Shown: positions 1 to 10,759, numbered from the stretch's first letter. The stretch is 64,000 nt of DNA from Diplonema japonicum (GCA_964019335.1 OZ025659.1:310001-374000), one strand, 5' to 3'. Notes: generated by a model from the sequence alone, not told the origin. Program-made: numbers and translations.

Positions 1-245
1 TAAAATGCAGTCCCTGTACGCAAGTGGGCGTAAAGTGCAGGAGAAGGCCTTTCCAATTTTTCTTTTTGAAAGCCGATTAATCAGCTCCCGTCTTCTAAGG
101 GTTAATTGCTTTTCTTTTTCTGAGAAAAAAAAAGGAAACCGGGGGGATGACCCGACAGACAGTGAGGGGAAAAGGCACCTTTAAAAAAAGGGGGGACCAG
201 AACCCTCAGTGTCCCTGAAACAAAAGGCCTTGTGACTTCTTTCGT

Positions 246-526
246 GGGGGGGGGGGGGGGGGGGCATATATGGTCGATAAAGTCACTTTTTCAGTTTTGC
301 CAAAGAATGTGCCTAACCTATGAAAGTGAAAAAACAAAGTTTTGGGTACCCAATCCGATTTTTTACACCCAGAACCCCGTTTTTCACCTTTCCTAGGTTG
401 TTGGACACATTCTTTGACAAAACTAAAAAAAGTGACTTATCGACCACATATGACCCCCCCCCCCCCCTAGGGCAATGTTGGCAAGGAAACGCGTTTCCCC
501 GTTTCTTGCCAACATTGCCCTGGGGG
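246..526. repeat. Foldback/MITE-like nested inverted repeats
   Basis: Imperfect ~100-nt arms 246-348 and 364-467 (tggtcgataaagtcactttttcagttttgccaaagaatgtg vs cacattctttgacaaaactaaaaaaagtgacttatcgacca), bounded by G and C runs. Second hairpin with arms 470-490 and 501-521 (ggcaatgttggcaag/cttgccaacattgcc). Confidence 0.8.
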
Positions 527-1617
527 GGGGGGGTTCACAAAATATCAAAATTTGAAAATCGATCATTCCCGTGTTTTGACCCCCCTCTTTATTTTATTTT
601 ATTTTTTTTTACCACATGCCTGCTTTTTGGGCAGCTTTCTTGGTATTCTCAGCAACCTACAAGGATGCAACAATTCTATTATTTTATGGTATTCTTTTTT
701 TCTTTTTTTTCCTTTTATTCTTCCCAACCCCTCTCTATTCTATATCCCGGTTGCATAGGTGTATCTCTCTTGCACCTTACCACATCCCGATGCACCGCAG
801 CAAACGAGTGTCCCCCAAAAAAAAGTGGCTTGCCCGTGTGTGCATACGGATGCCAAAGATATTTTTTTTTGTTGCCAACAGTTTTTTATTCTTCTTCTTA
901 ATGCGTATTTCCTTTTTTAATTTTTTTTTTCTCAGGTAGTTTTCATTTCACGCACTTAACTGGCACCAATACAATCACTCCTATAAAACTTCGGCAAGGT
1001 ATACCGAAGTTTTTCAAAGGCGAAAGTACCACCAAATCTGATTTGGGCCCTTATTTGGGTCCCTTACACGGGGCTACGCACCAGTGTCACTGTGGTCCCT
1101 GAGATGACGGGAGAATGAAGGAAGAAAGGAAAGAAGAGCAACAGAGATATAAAAGGAGAAGGGATTGTTTGTGTTTCTGTATGTACAGCCGGGTGCAGTT
1201 TTAGAGAAAAAATATAAAAAAAGAGGAGGAAAAGAAAAAGAGAAACAGAAGAAAAAAGAGCTTGGAAAGGGGCTTTTTTTCTCCTTTTTTTCTGATTTTT
1301 CCCACTCTTTCTTTGTGTGGTCATCTTAAAGCAGACTTTATGAAAGAAAAAAAAACACGATGACTCACCCCATGCTTTTTTTATGCTTTTTTTTTTTTTT
1401 TTTTTTCCCTTTTCTTTTTAATTGGAACGGGAACAGGGGAGGAGAGAAAAAAAAACGGAATGGGGGCTAATGCCAGGGAGGGGAGTGAGGGGGAACCGAA
1501 ACAATTAAACCTAAAAGAAATAGAATTAGACGGCATGCGGCCCGGCACGCACAAACGGGAGAGCACGAAGGAGGACACATGCTGTTGGTACATTACTTTC
1601 ACAGGGCACGTGTGCTA

Positions 1618-2898
1618 TTACGTGGACTGGACAACAGGAGGTGTACTAGGGGAGGGCAGTGGAGATGCAGGGGTATGCTCGGACATGGCGTTTTCCTCAT
1701 CCGTGCCGAAGTTAGAGTTGCATTGCGTGCTTGTGGTAGAGACGTAGTTGGGGTCCAGCACAGTGGGCGTGTCCCAACGTGAGAGGCCCGTAGCCCTGTT
1801 GTAGTAGTAGGGCCGCCCATCATTTGACACAACTTCCCAAGAGTGCTTGTCTGCCACCGTCCCTGCCACTGGCATGTACGGGTCGTAAGCGGGAGTCTCC
1901 ATCTCCGGGTGTGTGTGTGTGCTGTTGTACGGCTCTGTCCCGCCGATGGAGCTTTGCGCTGCCGAGCGCGACTGGCTTCTCTTCTTCTTTTTCTTCATTT
2001 TCTTTTTTGCCTTTATCCGTTTCTTCCACAGCAGCATGATCAACGCGACCATGCAGCACAAGGCCCCCACACACGCCCCGACCACGAGCCCCACCACCAC
2101 ACTGTCCGAAGGCGCCGGTGGCACAACAACTTCGGTGGCGCATCCGAAAGACGTACTCCCCCAGGCTTTATTACAATTATGACGGAAATGCTGTTCATTA
2201 AACACAGTGGTGCCTGCTATGCCTATGGTGAGCACAATGCGTGTGGTGCCTGCACGGGAGGTGTCGGGGGCTGTGGCAGCTCCATTGCCGAAGACAAGGG
2301 CGTCGGTGAGGGTGTCGGCGGGGACACATCGTGCGCCTTCGCAGATGGAGTGGATGCGGATGTCGAAGACGTCAGAGATGTTGGCATGCAGCGCGAGGAT
2401 CTCGTAGTACCATGCGGCAGTGGGGTACTCCACAGAGGCGGGGAGCGACGAGTTCATGCAGACCTCGAATCGCAGCTCCAAGAAGCTGACAGTTCTTGAA
2501 ACTATGCTCGAGTTGTATTGCATTTCACTCCCAACCTTCACGTAAGCCAGCCCTAAGTAGTGTGCCCCGATGTGGAAGGCAGCCAACGTCATGGTGCGGT
2601 CCAAGGCACCATCCTCCCAGATGACCTCCTCCGTTGCAGTGAGGTGCACTACCGAGATGTTCCCGTACATGAACACATCAGAATACTCAGCAGTCGGCAC
2701 TGCCTTCACCACCTCCCGCATGAACTTGTCTTCGTTATCTCCGATTGCGAGGAGGTTCTGCTCCATCCCGAGTGCCACACCCAGCTCCCATACAACATCT
2801 ATGGGAGGCGGCAGGACCTCGGGCTGCTCCAAGCACACCGCCCACCCTGCCACCAGCACTACAGCTATAAAAGACTTAATGATGCTGCTTTTCCGCAG
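1618..2898 (-). CDS. Single-pass membrane protein with cytoplasmic WW domain (start uncertain)
   Basis: TM segment VVVGLVVGACVGALCCMVALIMLLW followed by a Lys-rich stop-transfer. WW motif SWEVVSNDGRPYYYNRATGLSRWDTP. The frame is open to 2937, with a signal-peptide-like stretch from CTG 2898; the first ATG is at 2766. Confidence 0.75.
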   Translation of the reverse strand: MRKSSIIKSFIAVVLVAGWAVCLEQPEVLPPPIDVVWELGVALGMEQNLLAIGDNEDKFMREVVKAVPTAEYSDVFMYGNISVVHLTATEEVIWEDGALDRTMTLAAFHIGAHYLGLAYVKVGSEMQYNSSIVSRTVSFLELRFEVCMNSSLPASVEYPTAAWYYEILALHANISDVFDIRIHSICEGARCVPADTLTDALVFGNGAATAPDTSRAGTTRIVLTIGIAGTTVFNEQHFRHNCNKAWGSTSFGCATEVVVPPAPSDSVVVGLVVGACVGALCCMVALIMLLWKKRIKAKKKMKKKKKRSQSRSAAQSSIGGTEPYNSTHTHPEMETPAYDPYMPVAGTVADKHSWEVVSNDGRPYYYNRATGLSRWDTPTVLDPNYVSTTSTQCNSNFGTDEENAMSEHTPASPLPSPSTPPVVQST

Positions 2899-3162
2899 GT
2901 CCGCAGGGCGTAACAGACAAGTTGTGTTGTCAAATGCCTACTACTGGATTACATTTGTTGTGCTGTGTCTTGTGTGCTTGCAGCTTGTGTTTTGTGGATA
3001 ACAGCCCTCTGCCTGTGCTAATTATTGCCGGCGAACGGAAAAAGAAAAACACTTGGAAACACATAAAAAAAGAAGGGTCATGCGCCATATCTTCATGACG
3101 GTGCTGTATTCACAGAACAAAAAAAGAAATTGCAATGAAGAAGAAGAAAAAGACTATTGGTG

Positions 3163-4263
3163 TCACACCCCCAGCCCTGCTGCGGTCACTTGCTCCTGGA
3201 AGGTTTTGGTGGAAGTGAAGTGCCCCGGCACCACATCGGCCATGTTGCGGGTGTCGTGGAAGTTGGTTGGCTTCCTGAGGGGGTCTTCGCCCCTCTTGGG
3301 GACCTTTGACACGTTCCCCTCCTTGTCGAAGTAGTGCGACTTTCTGAAGGAGGTGGGCTCTGCATCCCCGAACCGGTTCTGGAAGGAGTCGTTTTGTGTG
3401 GTGGCGTACATCCCAACGTGCTTGTTCGGTCTATTCGTCTGCGAGTCGAGGAAGGCCTCTGTCTCAGGAGGGAGCGACGAGAGCGACTTGTGTTGCACGG
3501 GGTCGGTGCTGAAGGCAGACATCTGCTGGTCGCATGCCTTAGGGTCAAACGATTGCATGTGGTGTGCATAAGTTGACTTCGGGGGTCCACCCACCCACCC
3601 ACCCGAGGGGGGCTTCGCGGCCCTTTTCGACTTGCTCAGTTCCTCTCTCTGCATGGCGGCCAGAGCGTCCACGTCGTTCATAGCCTCAGACCTCGATACG
3701 AAGGTTTCTGTGAAGTTGACAGTGTTCTTCGGTACGCTTTCCAAGTTGAGCTTCTTCCTGTTGGCAGGTGTGACGTAAGAGGTATTCGCATGCTTTTCAG
3801 CAGCTGGGAGAAGGTTCACGTAGGTGCTTGCTGATGTGGACACCCACGCAGGCGGCTTCTCGGTTTCAAAGCTCTTCCCAATCTCTCGCCGTTGTCGTGC
3901 GAGATCCAGCTCTCTGGCCCTCCCTTCGTTGTACACGTTCAGCACATCATCGCTGAGCGTCTCGTATTGTCTTGCTTGACTTTCGCTTACGGACTCGAGG
4001 AAGCCTACACTGCCCCTTACACCAGGTACCATCCCCACAGTGCTGTGCTCGATGGCTTGGGACGCGAGTGTGGTTTCCAGCAGCTCGGGTTTCGTTCCTT
4101 TCGCCTGTTTCACAGTGCTGTCGTAGCCGGTGCCCACACCCTTCATGTACTTCTTGTTCCGCAGCTCCGGGAACGGCTCCAGCTCATCTTTGGTGAACGG
4201 GCATGTCAAACGTGGCACCTTCGACTTGACACCCATTGTGTTGGGGCTTGTCATGTCCCCCAT
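3163..4263 (-). CDS. Hypothetical protein, possibly microtubule-inner-protein-like
   Basis: Intronless ORF with coding-like composition from ATG 4263. Repeated short S/T-T...F/Y motifs (WVSTSASTY, KSTYAHHM, YATTQNDSF). Confidence 0.65.
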   Translation of the reverse strand: MGDMTSPNTMGVKSKVPRLTCPFTKDELEPFPELRNKKYMKGVGTGYDSTVKQAKGTKPELLETTLASQAIEHSTVGMVPGVRGSVGFLESVSESQARQYETLSDDVLNVYNEGRARELDLARQRREIGKSFETEKPPAWVSTSASTYVNLLPAAEKHANTSYVTPANRKKLNLESVPKNTVNFTETFVSRSEAMNDVDALAAMQREELSKSKRAAKPPSGGWVGGPPKSTYAHHMQSFDPKACDQQMSAFSTDPVQHKSLSSLPPETEAFLDSQTNRPNKHVGMYATTQNDSFQNRFGDAEPTSFRKSHYFDKEGNVSKVPKRGEDPLRKPTNFHDTRNMADVVPGHFTSTKTFQEQVTAAGLGV

Positions 4264-4965
4264 GAAGCTACCTGACTTGATTTGCACCCGAAAAAAAAAA
4301 GGTAAAGACGCCACACCAATTGTTTTGCACTAATATAAAGAAAGCGAGGAAGAAAAAAAGGGGGGAAAGGGAAAGAAAAAAAAAAAACGGAGGGGTTGGT
4401 GGGCGGGAGAGAACAACAGCGGCTCGAATATTTGAACGGTGTCCACAGCACCAAACACCACCCCTGCTTGTCTCCTCCCCTCTGCATAGGGACCGGCCTC
4501 GGAGAAGGTATGGAACCATTTTACAATAAAAAAAGAAAAAGAAAACCTCCTGCAATTGGGGAAGAGAGTCCAAACGAAATAAAAAAAAAAAGAAAAATCC
4601 CCAAAACCTTTAAGTAACCATCTGGAATCCACTGAACAGATGGCTGCGTGTATAAAGTACAGGGGGCAGGGACGGGAGGGGACGAAAGGGCCGTGAAAGA
4701 AAGGGAATATGACCAGTGCGAAAAGCGCTCCATCCTACACTAGCCTTGTTCTTCTCCCGGGGGGGGGGATAAAAATAAAAAGAAAATAAAAACGGGGGAC
4801 AATAAAAAAGAAAAGGAGAAAAAAAGAACCCAAGGAAGATATAAAGGGACGAGAAAAAAGAGATGGGGAGGGACCAAAAAAACACTCAAAAAAAAGGGGG
4901 TGAGAACACTTTTTTTTTTCTCTCTCTTTTTTGCTTATTTATCACATGCTACAAAGAACCTTGTC

Positions 4966-5883
4966 TTAGATGAGGTTCTGCTCCTTCATGATCTGGGCCA
5001 TGGTGGAGCCGAGCACAGCGGGGGAGCTGACAACAGTGGCGCCCGCCTGAGTGAGGGCGTCGATCTTGGCACTGGCAGTGCCCTTTCCGCCGGAGATGAC
5101 AGCGCCAGCGTGGCCCATACGGCGACCGGGGGGTGCAGTGACACCAGCGATGAAGGAAACAACAGGCTTCTTGATGGCGTGTGCCTTCAGGAACTCGGCG
5201 GCGTCCTCCTCAGCAGACCCACCGATCTCCCCGATCATGACGATACCCTTGGTGTTCTCGTCTTCAAGGAACTCCTTCAGACAGTCAATGAAGTTGGTCC
5301 CGTTGAACGGATCACCACCGATACCCACGCAGGTGGTCTGCCCGAGCCCTGCAAGCGTCGTCTGGTTCACAGCCTCGTAAGTCAGCGTACCCGAACGGGA
5401 GACAACACCAATGCAACCCTTCTTGTGGATGTGGCCAGGCATGATACCGATTTTGCACTCATCAGGGGTGATGATACCGGGGCAGTTGGGCCCGATCATC
5501 CTCGACTTGCTTTGCGACATCAACATCTGCTTCACTCTCACCATGTCGTGCTGGGGGATGCCCTCAGTGATCGTCACGATAAGAGGGATCTCTGCGGTGA
5601 TGGCGTCCTCGATGGACTTGGCGCAGAGAGGAGGTGGGACGTACAGCACGGTGGCATCGGCACCGGTCTCTTTGGCGCACTCCTCGACGGAGGCAAACAC
5701 GGGCAGACCCAAATGTGTGGTCCCCGCCTTCTTCGGGTTCACACCACCCACCATCTTGGTACCGTAGTCAATAGCAGCCTGGCAGTGGAGGGTACCCGCC
5801 CTGCCAGTGATACCCTGGCACATCACCTTGGTGTTCTTGTCAATGAAGATCTTCTTCATGTTCACAACGTTGCGACGGAACAT
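4966..5883 (-). CDS. SUCLG1: Succinyl-CoA ligase alpha subunit, mitochondrial
   Basis: Motifs [28 protein letters not shown] and RMGHAGA (phospho-His). Short basic presequence MFRRNVV. Intronless. Confidence 0.97.
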   Translation of the reverse strand: MFRRNVVNMKKIFIDKNTKVMCQGITGRAGTLHCQAAIDYGTKMVGGVNPKKAGTTHLGLPVFASVEECAKETGADATVLYVPPPLCAKSIEDAITAEIPLIVTITEGIPQHDMVRVKQMLMSQSKSRMIGPNCPGIITPDECKIGIMPGHIHKKGCIGVVSRSGTLTYEAVNQTTLAGLGQTTCVGIGGDPFNGTNFIDCLKEFLEDENTKGIVMIGEIGGSAEEDAAEFLKAHAIKKPVVSFIAGVTAPPGRRMGHAGAVISGGKGTASAKIDALTQAGATVVSSPAVLGSTMAQIMKEQNLI

Positions 5884-5996
5884 TTTTTCCTTTTTTTTTT
5901 TTTTTTTTTTTTTTTCCCTTTCCTGTGTTGGTGATTATTCGGACATGTACCATGTAAACACAATGCTGGCAAATGAAGAGCACCTTGACCTCCTCC

Positions 5997-6578
5997 CTAC
6001 AGTATGGCATCGTTCCTGGCGACGGTGCTCGTTGTGGTGACGAAGTTGCGCAGCCAAAAAGGCAAGTAAGCAAGCAAGGGGTTTGGGGTGCACGGAGAAG
6101 GCACATGGAGGTCCCTGGCCATACTGTAGGCGTCGAAGTATACATTGTTGATGAGATAGTATGACTCGATAAGTTGCGTGGTTTTGAAGCCACACTTTAC
6201 ATAGAAGTTGATAGCAGGGAAGTTATCTGTCAGGACATGCAAGTTCACTGTAGTGCAGTTGCACTCCGACAGCAAATCGATCGCCCTATTCAGCAACTCC
6301 GTTCCAATTTTATGCCGCCGATACTCTTCCTTTACACCAAAGGTGCTCACATACCCTGCCTTCACAGCCTTGCAGCACCATTTCCTCTTCTCCACCACTC
6401 TCGCCGTCACGACCCCCACCACACACCCCTTGTCTTCTGCTACCACTGTCACCATTTCATAACTAAACAAACTGTCGTAGAAACTATCAGCGTATACTAC
6501 AGGAAACAGCTCTGTGTGCAGCTTCTCTACCTGGCTCCTATGCTCCGGGAGGACCTTCCCATATGTCACTGTGGCCAT
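5997..6578 (-). CDS. NAA60: GNAT N-terminal acetyltransferase, NAA60/NAA50 family
   Basis: Motifs LFPVVY...FY, YVSTFGV, YRRHKIGTELL, LHVLTDNFPAINFY and YYLIN. The C-terminal amphipathic LLAYLPFWLRNF favours NAA60. Confidence 0.8.
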   Translation of the reverse strand: MATVTYGKVLPEHRSQVEKLHTELFPVVYADSFYDSLFSYEMVTVVAEDKGCVVGVVTARVVEKRKWCCKAVKAGYVSTFGVKEEYRRHKIGTELLNRAIDLLSECNCTTVNLHVLTDNFPAINFYVKCGFKTTQLIESYYLINNVYFDAYSMARDLHVPSPCTPNPLLAYLPFWLRNFVTTTSTVARNDAIL

Positions 6579-6723
6579 TCTAATAAATTGTAAAACGCAG
6601 TCTATATGTCGTTGGTGTGTGTTCGCATGTTCATGTCCTGAGTGGTATTTTTTTTTTTCTTCCCGCAGGGAGGGGAAAGGGAACGCTAAATAATTATGTC
6701 CTCCTTTTTTTCTTTTTTTTTCT

Positions 6724-8079
6724 TTAGCCTTTTATAACAATTTTTCTCACAGGCATCACATGATCCAACGTCCTTTCATTGCACTTCAGCACAGCCGCCG
6801 TCCTCCCCATGTATGTGAGGAGCATCTCAAACCCTTGTTCCTCCTCAACCACAGACCGCCCAGTGAACGGGTCTACCACCGTAAAAGGTGGCTCGTCTCT
6901 TGTCTTGGATCGCAGTGTTGCTTGGGTAGTGGGTGTGAGTGAAGGCACAACAGCTACCTTTTCCCAGTTGATGGCTACCCCAAACAAGTACAAGAACCCC
7001 AAAAGACAGGACCCGAGTGACGAGCAGTCTGTGACCCACCCCAGCTCATGTGAATAAAGCATTGTGTCAAACGCCGCCAGGAGCAGGTTCAGGACATGCG
7101 ATGTCACAGGGTATCCCCACGACTTGTTTAGCATCTTCATTACTTGACATACTTTCCGCACAGCATTAGAGAACTCCCACACATGGTTGAGCCCTGGCAG
7201 GTCTGTTGTCATGTACACCCCACAAAGCAGCCCGCTCTGTGTGTCTTCCAGCAAGAATGTCGGGGGTGTCTCGTTCTCGTTGCTCAGCTCTGGTTTTGTG
7301 ATAATGAATTCGCCCTTCATCTGCAGGTATGTGTTCAGACGCGCAGACCATTCAAGGGAGCTTGGCACGTTGAACACGATGTCCAACGTAGCCTCGCTGA
7401 GTGCGGTGCCTGCCCCCCAAGACCCTGCGAGAGAGAGCTGGTCCGCTATGCGGCCCGTCCCGTTCTGCACCTCCACGATCATGTCGGTCCTGGGTGGGGT
7501 GTTCCGCAGCATCTCATCGAGGTGCTTTGAGCTGCTGATCGACACGGTACCGATCGACAAGACGCGCATCCCCGGCCGCACACCGCACTCCGCCCACATG
7601 TTGCCCCGGTGCTCAGTCACGACACAGCTCTCGTTGAAGATAAGACCGTGCGGTATAGGGATGATGCCCAGCTTCAGCACTTCGCGTGACGCGAACACCT
7701 CCTTCACCGTGTCTTTAAGGCGGCGCACGATGCAGGTCGCGTCTCCTTCTTGCTGCTTACTGCTGCCATACATCTCTGTTGCAACAAGGATCTGCTTGTG
7801 CAGCACGAGCGCTTTATTCACACCATTAACCCCATACCCCTCTCGTATCAGTTGTCGCTTATTTGGCTCCGGCACTGTTTTCATCACTTGGGCTTGCGGA
7901 CTTATATATGAAGGCAGAGGAGGTGGTGATACGGGGGGGACAGCCGGTACGAGCGGGGGTTTGGGCAACGCAGAGTTTAGTATCACTGGGTTTACATTCT
8001 TCCTCGTCGGCTTCACACTGACCTGCGTTACTCCTGGCTTCGCTTTCACAGGACTCTGAGGCACTTTCCTTTTCGTCAT
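6724..8079 (-). CDS. TRF4/PAPD5-like nucleotidyltransferase-fold protein with inserted PDZ-like domain, degenerate active site
   Basis: LAGSWGAGTALSEATLDIVF resembles FGS...DIDLV. PAP-associated-like motifs LGSCLLGFLYLFG and FTVVDPF. PDZ-like segment AECGVRPGMRVLSIG. Start taken at MTKRK (8079). Confidence 0.65.
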   Translation of the reverse strand: MTKRKVPQSPVKAKPGVTQVSVKPTRKNVNPVILNSALPKPPLVPAVPPVSPPPLPSYISPQAQVMKTVPEPNKRQLIREGYGVNGVNKALVLHKQILVATEMYGSSKQQEGDATCIVRRLKDTVKEVFASREVLKLGIIPIPHGLIFNESCVVTEHRGNMWAECGVRPGMRVLSIGTVSISSSKHLDEMLRNTPPRTDMIVEVQNGTGRIADQLSLAGSWGAGTALSEATLDIVFNVPSSLEWSARLNTYLQMKGEFIITKPELSNENETPPTFLLEDTQSGLLCGVYMTTDLPGLNHVWEFSNAVRKVCQVMKMLNKSWGYPVTSHVLNLLLAAFDTMLYSHELGWVTDCSSLGSCLLGFLYLFGVAINWEKVAVVPSLTPTTQATLRSKTRDEPPFTVVDPFTGRSVVEEEQGFEMLLTYMGRTAAVLKCNERTLDHVMPVRKIVIKG

Positions 8080-8428
8080 ACCAGGCACATGAAAATGAAA
8101 GGGGAATAAAAAAGAAAAGGGTTCCTGACTTGCTTTTTTGAAAGTGTAAAGAAACTGAATCTCTGGCTCCATCCTTTTCCTGAAGGCCTAAAAAACAATA
8201 AAGCCGTAGTAGAAACTATGCCGACCAGCGGGGCACTTGGGTTGTAGGCAAGCTACATCGAAAGCAGGTAAAGCAAACTACTGTCGCCTGTGATGGTAGA
8301 ATGTAACTATTTAATCGCAAATAACAAATAAAGGGGACAGAGACAGAGACTAGCTTGGGAAAGAAACGAATGGACAGGCAGCGATGATGCGTTCGCTCGC
8401 CTGTGGCGGTGTAGGCATCTCCGAGAGC

Positions 8429-10759
8429 TCACCTTTTCTTCCTGGCGGTACCTGTACGTGAAGACCAACCTTTACGTGGTTTCTCTGCCTCAGACTCAGT
8501 CTCGCAGTTTGGAGAGAGCAGCAAGCCGCCAGAGAGTTTCGGCGTGCGAAGGAACAACAGGGTGTAGGCAACAGGGGATGTATATGAGAAGACTATGGGG
8601 TTCAACGCGAGGAATTCAGAGTCGTTGCGCCACACATTGTTAGGTCGCGCACCCCACAGAAGGGAGCTCACTGGGATCATGCCCCAGTCACGGGCAGCAG
8701 AAAGCGAGTCGGTGGCGAAACCGTAGTTGCGGTACCCCCGCTCGTGATCAGAGCAATCCTGCCCGAAGAGCTCCCCACTGAAGTTACGAATCCCACAGAA
8801 CCTAAACACACCCTCGGCAGTCCATTTGAGGTGCTCTGAAGGCGCCGCCGTATGAACTACACCATCCTTCGGTAGCTTCCAGCCTGCGAGCTGCGCGTCA
8901 TCGCCTGGGTGCACTGGGTCGGACACAGTGTAGACCTTGACCTTCTTCGTAGTGCCGCCTGTGTCCTCGCAAACAAGTGTGCGTCCTGCCACCCAGTTGA
9001 CCACTTGGTCTGCAATGGGAAACGACGGGTTCGCCCTGTTCTGTCGGATTGCCTCTAAGACGACACCTATGACCCAGTCTGCGGCATTGATGCACCCGCT
9101 CCGCACGTTCTCTTCGCCTGTCAGCATCGTCAGCTGTTGCTCGTGCTTTCTGCACAACGACAAGGCAACCGCATCCACAAACAGGTCGATGTCCACAAGG
9201 CTGAAGCCACTGTACTGTGTCTTCGCCGCAGAGAAGTCTGCCATGCTTTGCCCACACTCAAAGAGCACAGCGGCATGCGGCAAAAGGTCATAGAGGTATT
9301 CGACAAACTTCTTGTTTGCGTAAGGAAGTGCCATCATATTGAGGGGGAAGTACTTCATCCCTCGCAGCAGCAAGAAAACCCCTGACAAGCACCTGCATAA
9401 GTGGATGTAGAAGACACGCAGCTCCTTTTTTTTCAGGATGTACTCCTTCTGAGCAATGACCAGTTTCTGCTCTCTTACAAGAGCTGCCTGATACTGCACC
9501 TTCTCAACCGAGCCGTCTTCGGGCACGACATTATGAACTTGCACTGCGAGAAGGCCTTCCAGAGTCCGCAGCTGCTGGAAGTCCTTCATGATCATTTGTG
9601 CTAGAAATGTGCTCTTCCCGACGCCAAGACGGTCTTGCACGACAGATAGTTCTTTTTCCATCCTGCGCAGGTGGCCTTGCGTCTTCTTTGAGTCGCTGTC
9701 ACTCCCTGATGACGAGCACGTCGATACGGAGCACAAGGAACCGCACCGAAGCATCTCGTGCCTGAGGTTTGTGAGTGTTTGTCTCAGGTTCCGCAGCGTT
9801 GAGTGTTCGTCGAGAAGTTTGGAGTTCTCCTCTGCCTCATCCTGCGCCAAGATGAGCTCCTGCAGGTCCTCTAGCTTGGGAACGGAGGCTGTTCGCGTGA
9901 GGTATTCTGCCACATCTGCATGCGCTAGGCTGGACCTTCCACCGTTAAACGCTGTGTGGCTGACCCACTGGGCAAGATCAAACGAGCCGCGTGTGCCGTG
10001 GTCCTCCATCCCCATGTTGTGATCTGTCTTGTCGTGGATGTCAGCGTTGCAGTAGTCCTCCACCGTGGCCGACGATATGTTATAATTGTGTGTCGACGAA
10101 AAGGAAGCCCCTGTCCCCGTGTGGATCTCAGGATCGGAGTCCTGATCGGGCTCAGAGTCCATGCACTCCAAAGGGATGCCCTCGTCATCCGACGGTGTGG
10201 GCGTGGGGTCCATGGTGTCCCCAACCTTGTGCCCATCCGCCATCCTCCCTAGCAGCGTGAGCGGTGGCTGGCTGTCTTCTTTCGCAAGGGTCGAGTTCTC
10301 AGGTATCGTTGCAGACTTCGACCGCCAGCTGGGTGACCGTATCGCTCTCATGAAATCAGTAACAGATCTGCGGAATGTGTCCTCCTGAGGTGTGGGTGTG
10401 GGTGTTGGTATAGGTGATGTGCCGTCACCATGTCTCTCCATCTTGCCACCTAGCAGGTCTTCTATCTCTTGGTCTTCTATTGTCAAGCGCACCGATTCTG
10501 CGACCGAGCACTCGTCCTCCTCCACTTGGGCAGGCAGGACCATCACCTCACCAACGTGCAGCTTTTTCTTTTTCTTGCCCATTTTTCTCTTGGGCCGTTC
10601 CCACACTAGCTTCCGCGTCACATTGTTAAGATTTAAGATCTGCTCCTCCATCCGGAGATTTGTCTCCTGCAATCCGCTCACCTCTTTCCCCAGCGCCTCT
10701 CCAAGTGCATTGCTTTCCCGAAGCTGCTGATCAAATTTTTGATCCACATCTGCCGTCAT
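8429..10759 (-). CDS. Hypothetical coiled-coil protein (C-terminus probably extended by a 32-nt intron at 8401-8432)
   Basis: 776-aa ORF with lone acceptor acaacacag just before the ATG. The stop lies inside GTGAG...CCACAG (32 nt), which matches the local intron consensus. Confidence 0.75.
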   Translation of the reverse strand: MTADVDQKFDQQLRESNALGEALGKEVSGLQETNLRMEEQILNLNNVTRKLVWERPKRKMGKKKKKLHVGEVMVLPAQVEEDECSVAESVRLTIEDQEIEDLLGGKMERHGDGTSPIPTPTPTPQEDTFRRSVTDFMRAIRSPSWRSKSATIPENSTLAKEDSQPPLTLLGRMADGHKVGDTMDPTPTPSDDEGIPLECMDSEPDQDSDPEIHTGTGASFSSTHNYNISSATVEDYCNADIHDKTDHNMGMEDHGTRGSFDLAQWVSHTAFNGGRSSLAHADVAEYLTRTASVPKLEDLQELILAQDEAEENSKLLDEHSTLRNLRQTLTNLRHEMLRCGSLCSVSTCSSSGSDSDSKKTQGHLRRMEKELSVVQDRLGVGKSTFLAQMIMKDFQQLRTLEGLLAVQVHNVVPEDGSVEKVQYQAALVREQKLVIAQKEYILKKKELRVFYIHLCRCLSGVFLLLRGMKYFPLNMMALPYANKKFVEYLYDLLPHAAVLFECGQSMADFSAAKTQYSGFSLVDIDLFVDAVALSLCRKHEQQLTMLTGEENVRSGCINAADWVIGVVLEAIRQNRANPSFPIADQVVNWVAGRTLVCEDTGGTTKKVKVYTVSDPVHPGDDAQLAGWKLPKDGVVHTAAPSEHLKWTAEGVFRFCGIRNFSGELFGQDCSDHERGYRNYGFATDSLSAARDWGMIPVSSLLWGARPNNVWRNDSEFLALNPIVFSYTSPVAYTLLFLRTPKLSGGLLLSPNCETESEAEKPRKGWSSRTGTARKKR

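Noticed and set aside
320-1602. F/K-rich ORFs here and in other intergenic regions
   Set aside because: They are translations of poly-T/poly-A tracts with no protein-like content.
1582-1621. Possible 40-nt intron across the stop of the WW gene
   Set aside because: It fits GT...CAACAG, but the resulting extension has no supporting features.
4900-5934. Long antisense ORFs (also 7187-8059, 46558-47481, 54553-55536, 62395-63707)
   Set aside because: These are shadows of real genes on the opposite strand, caused by codon bias.
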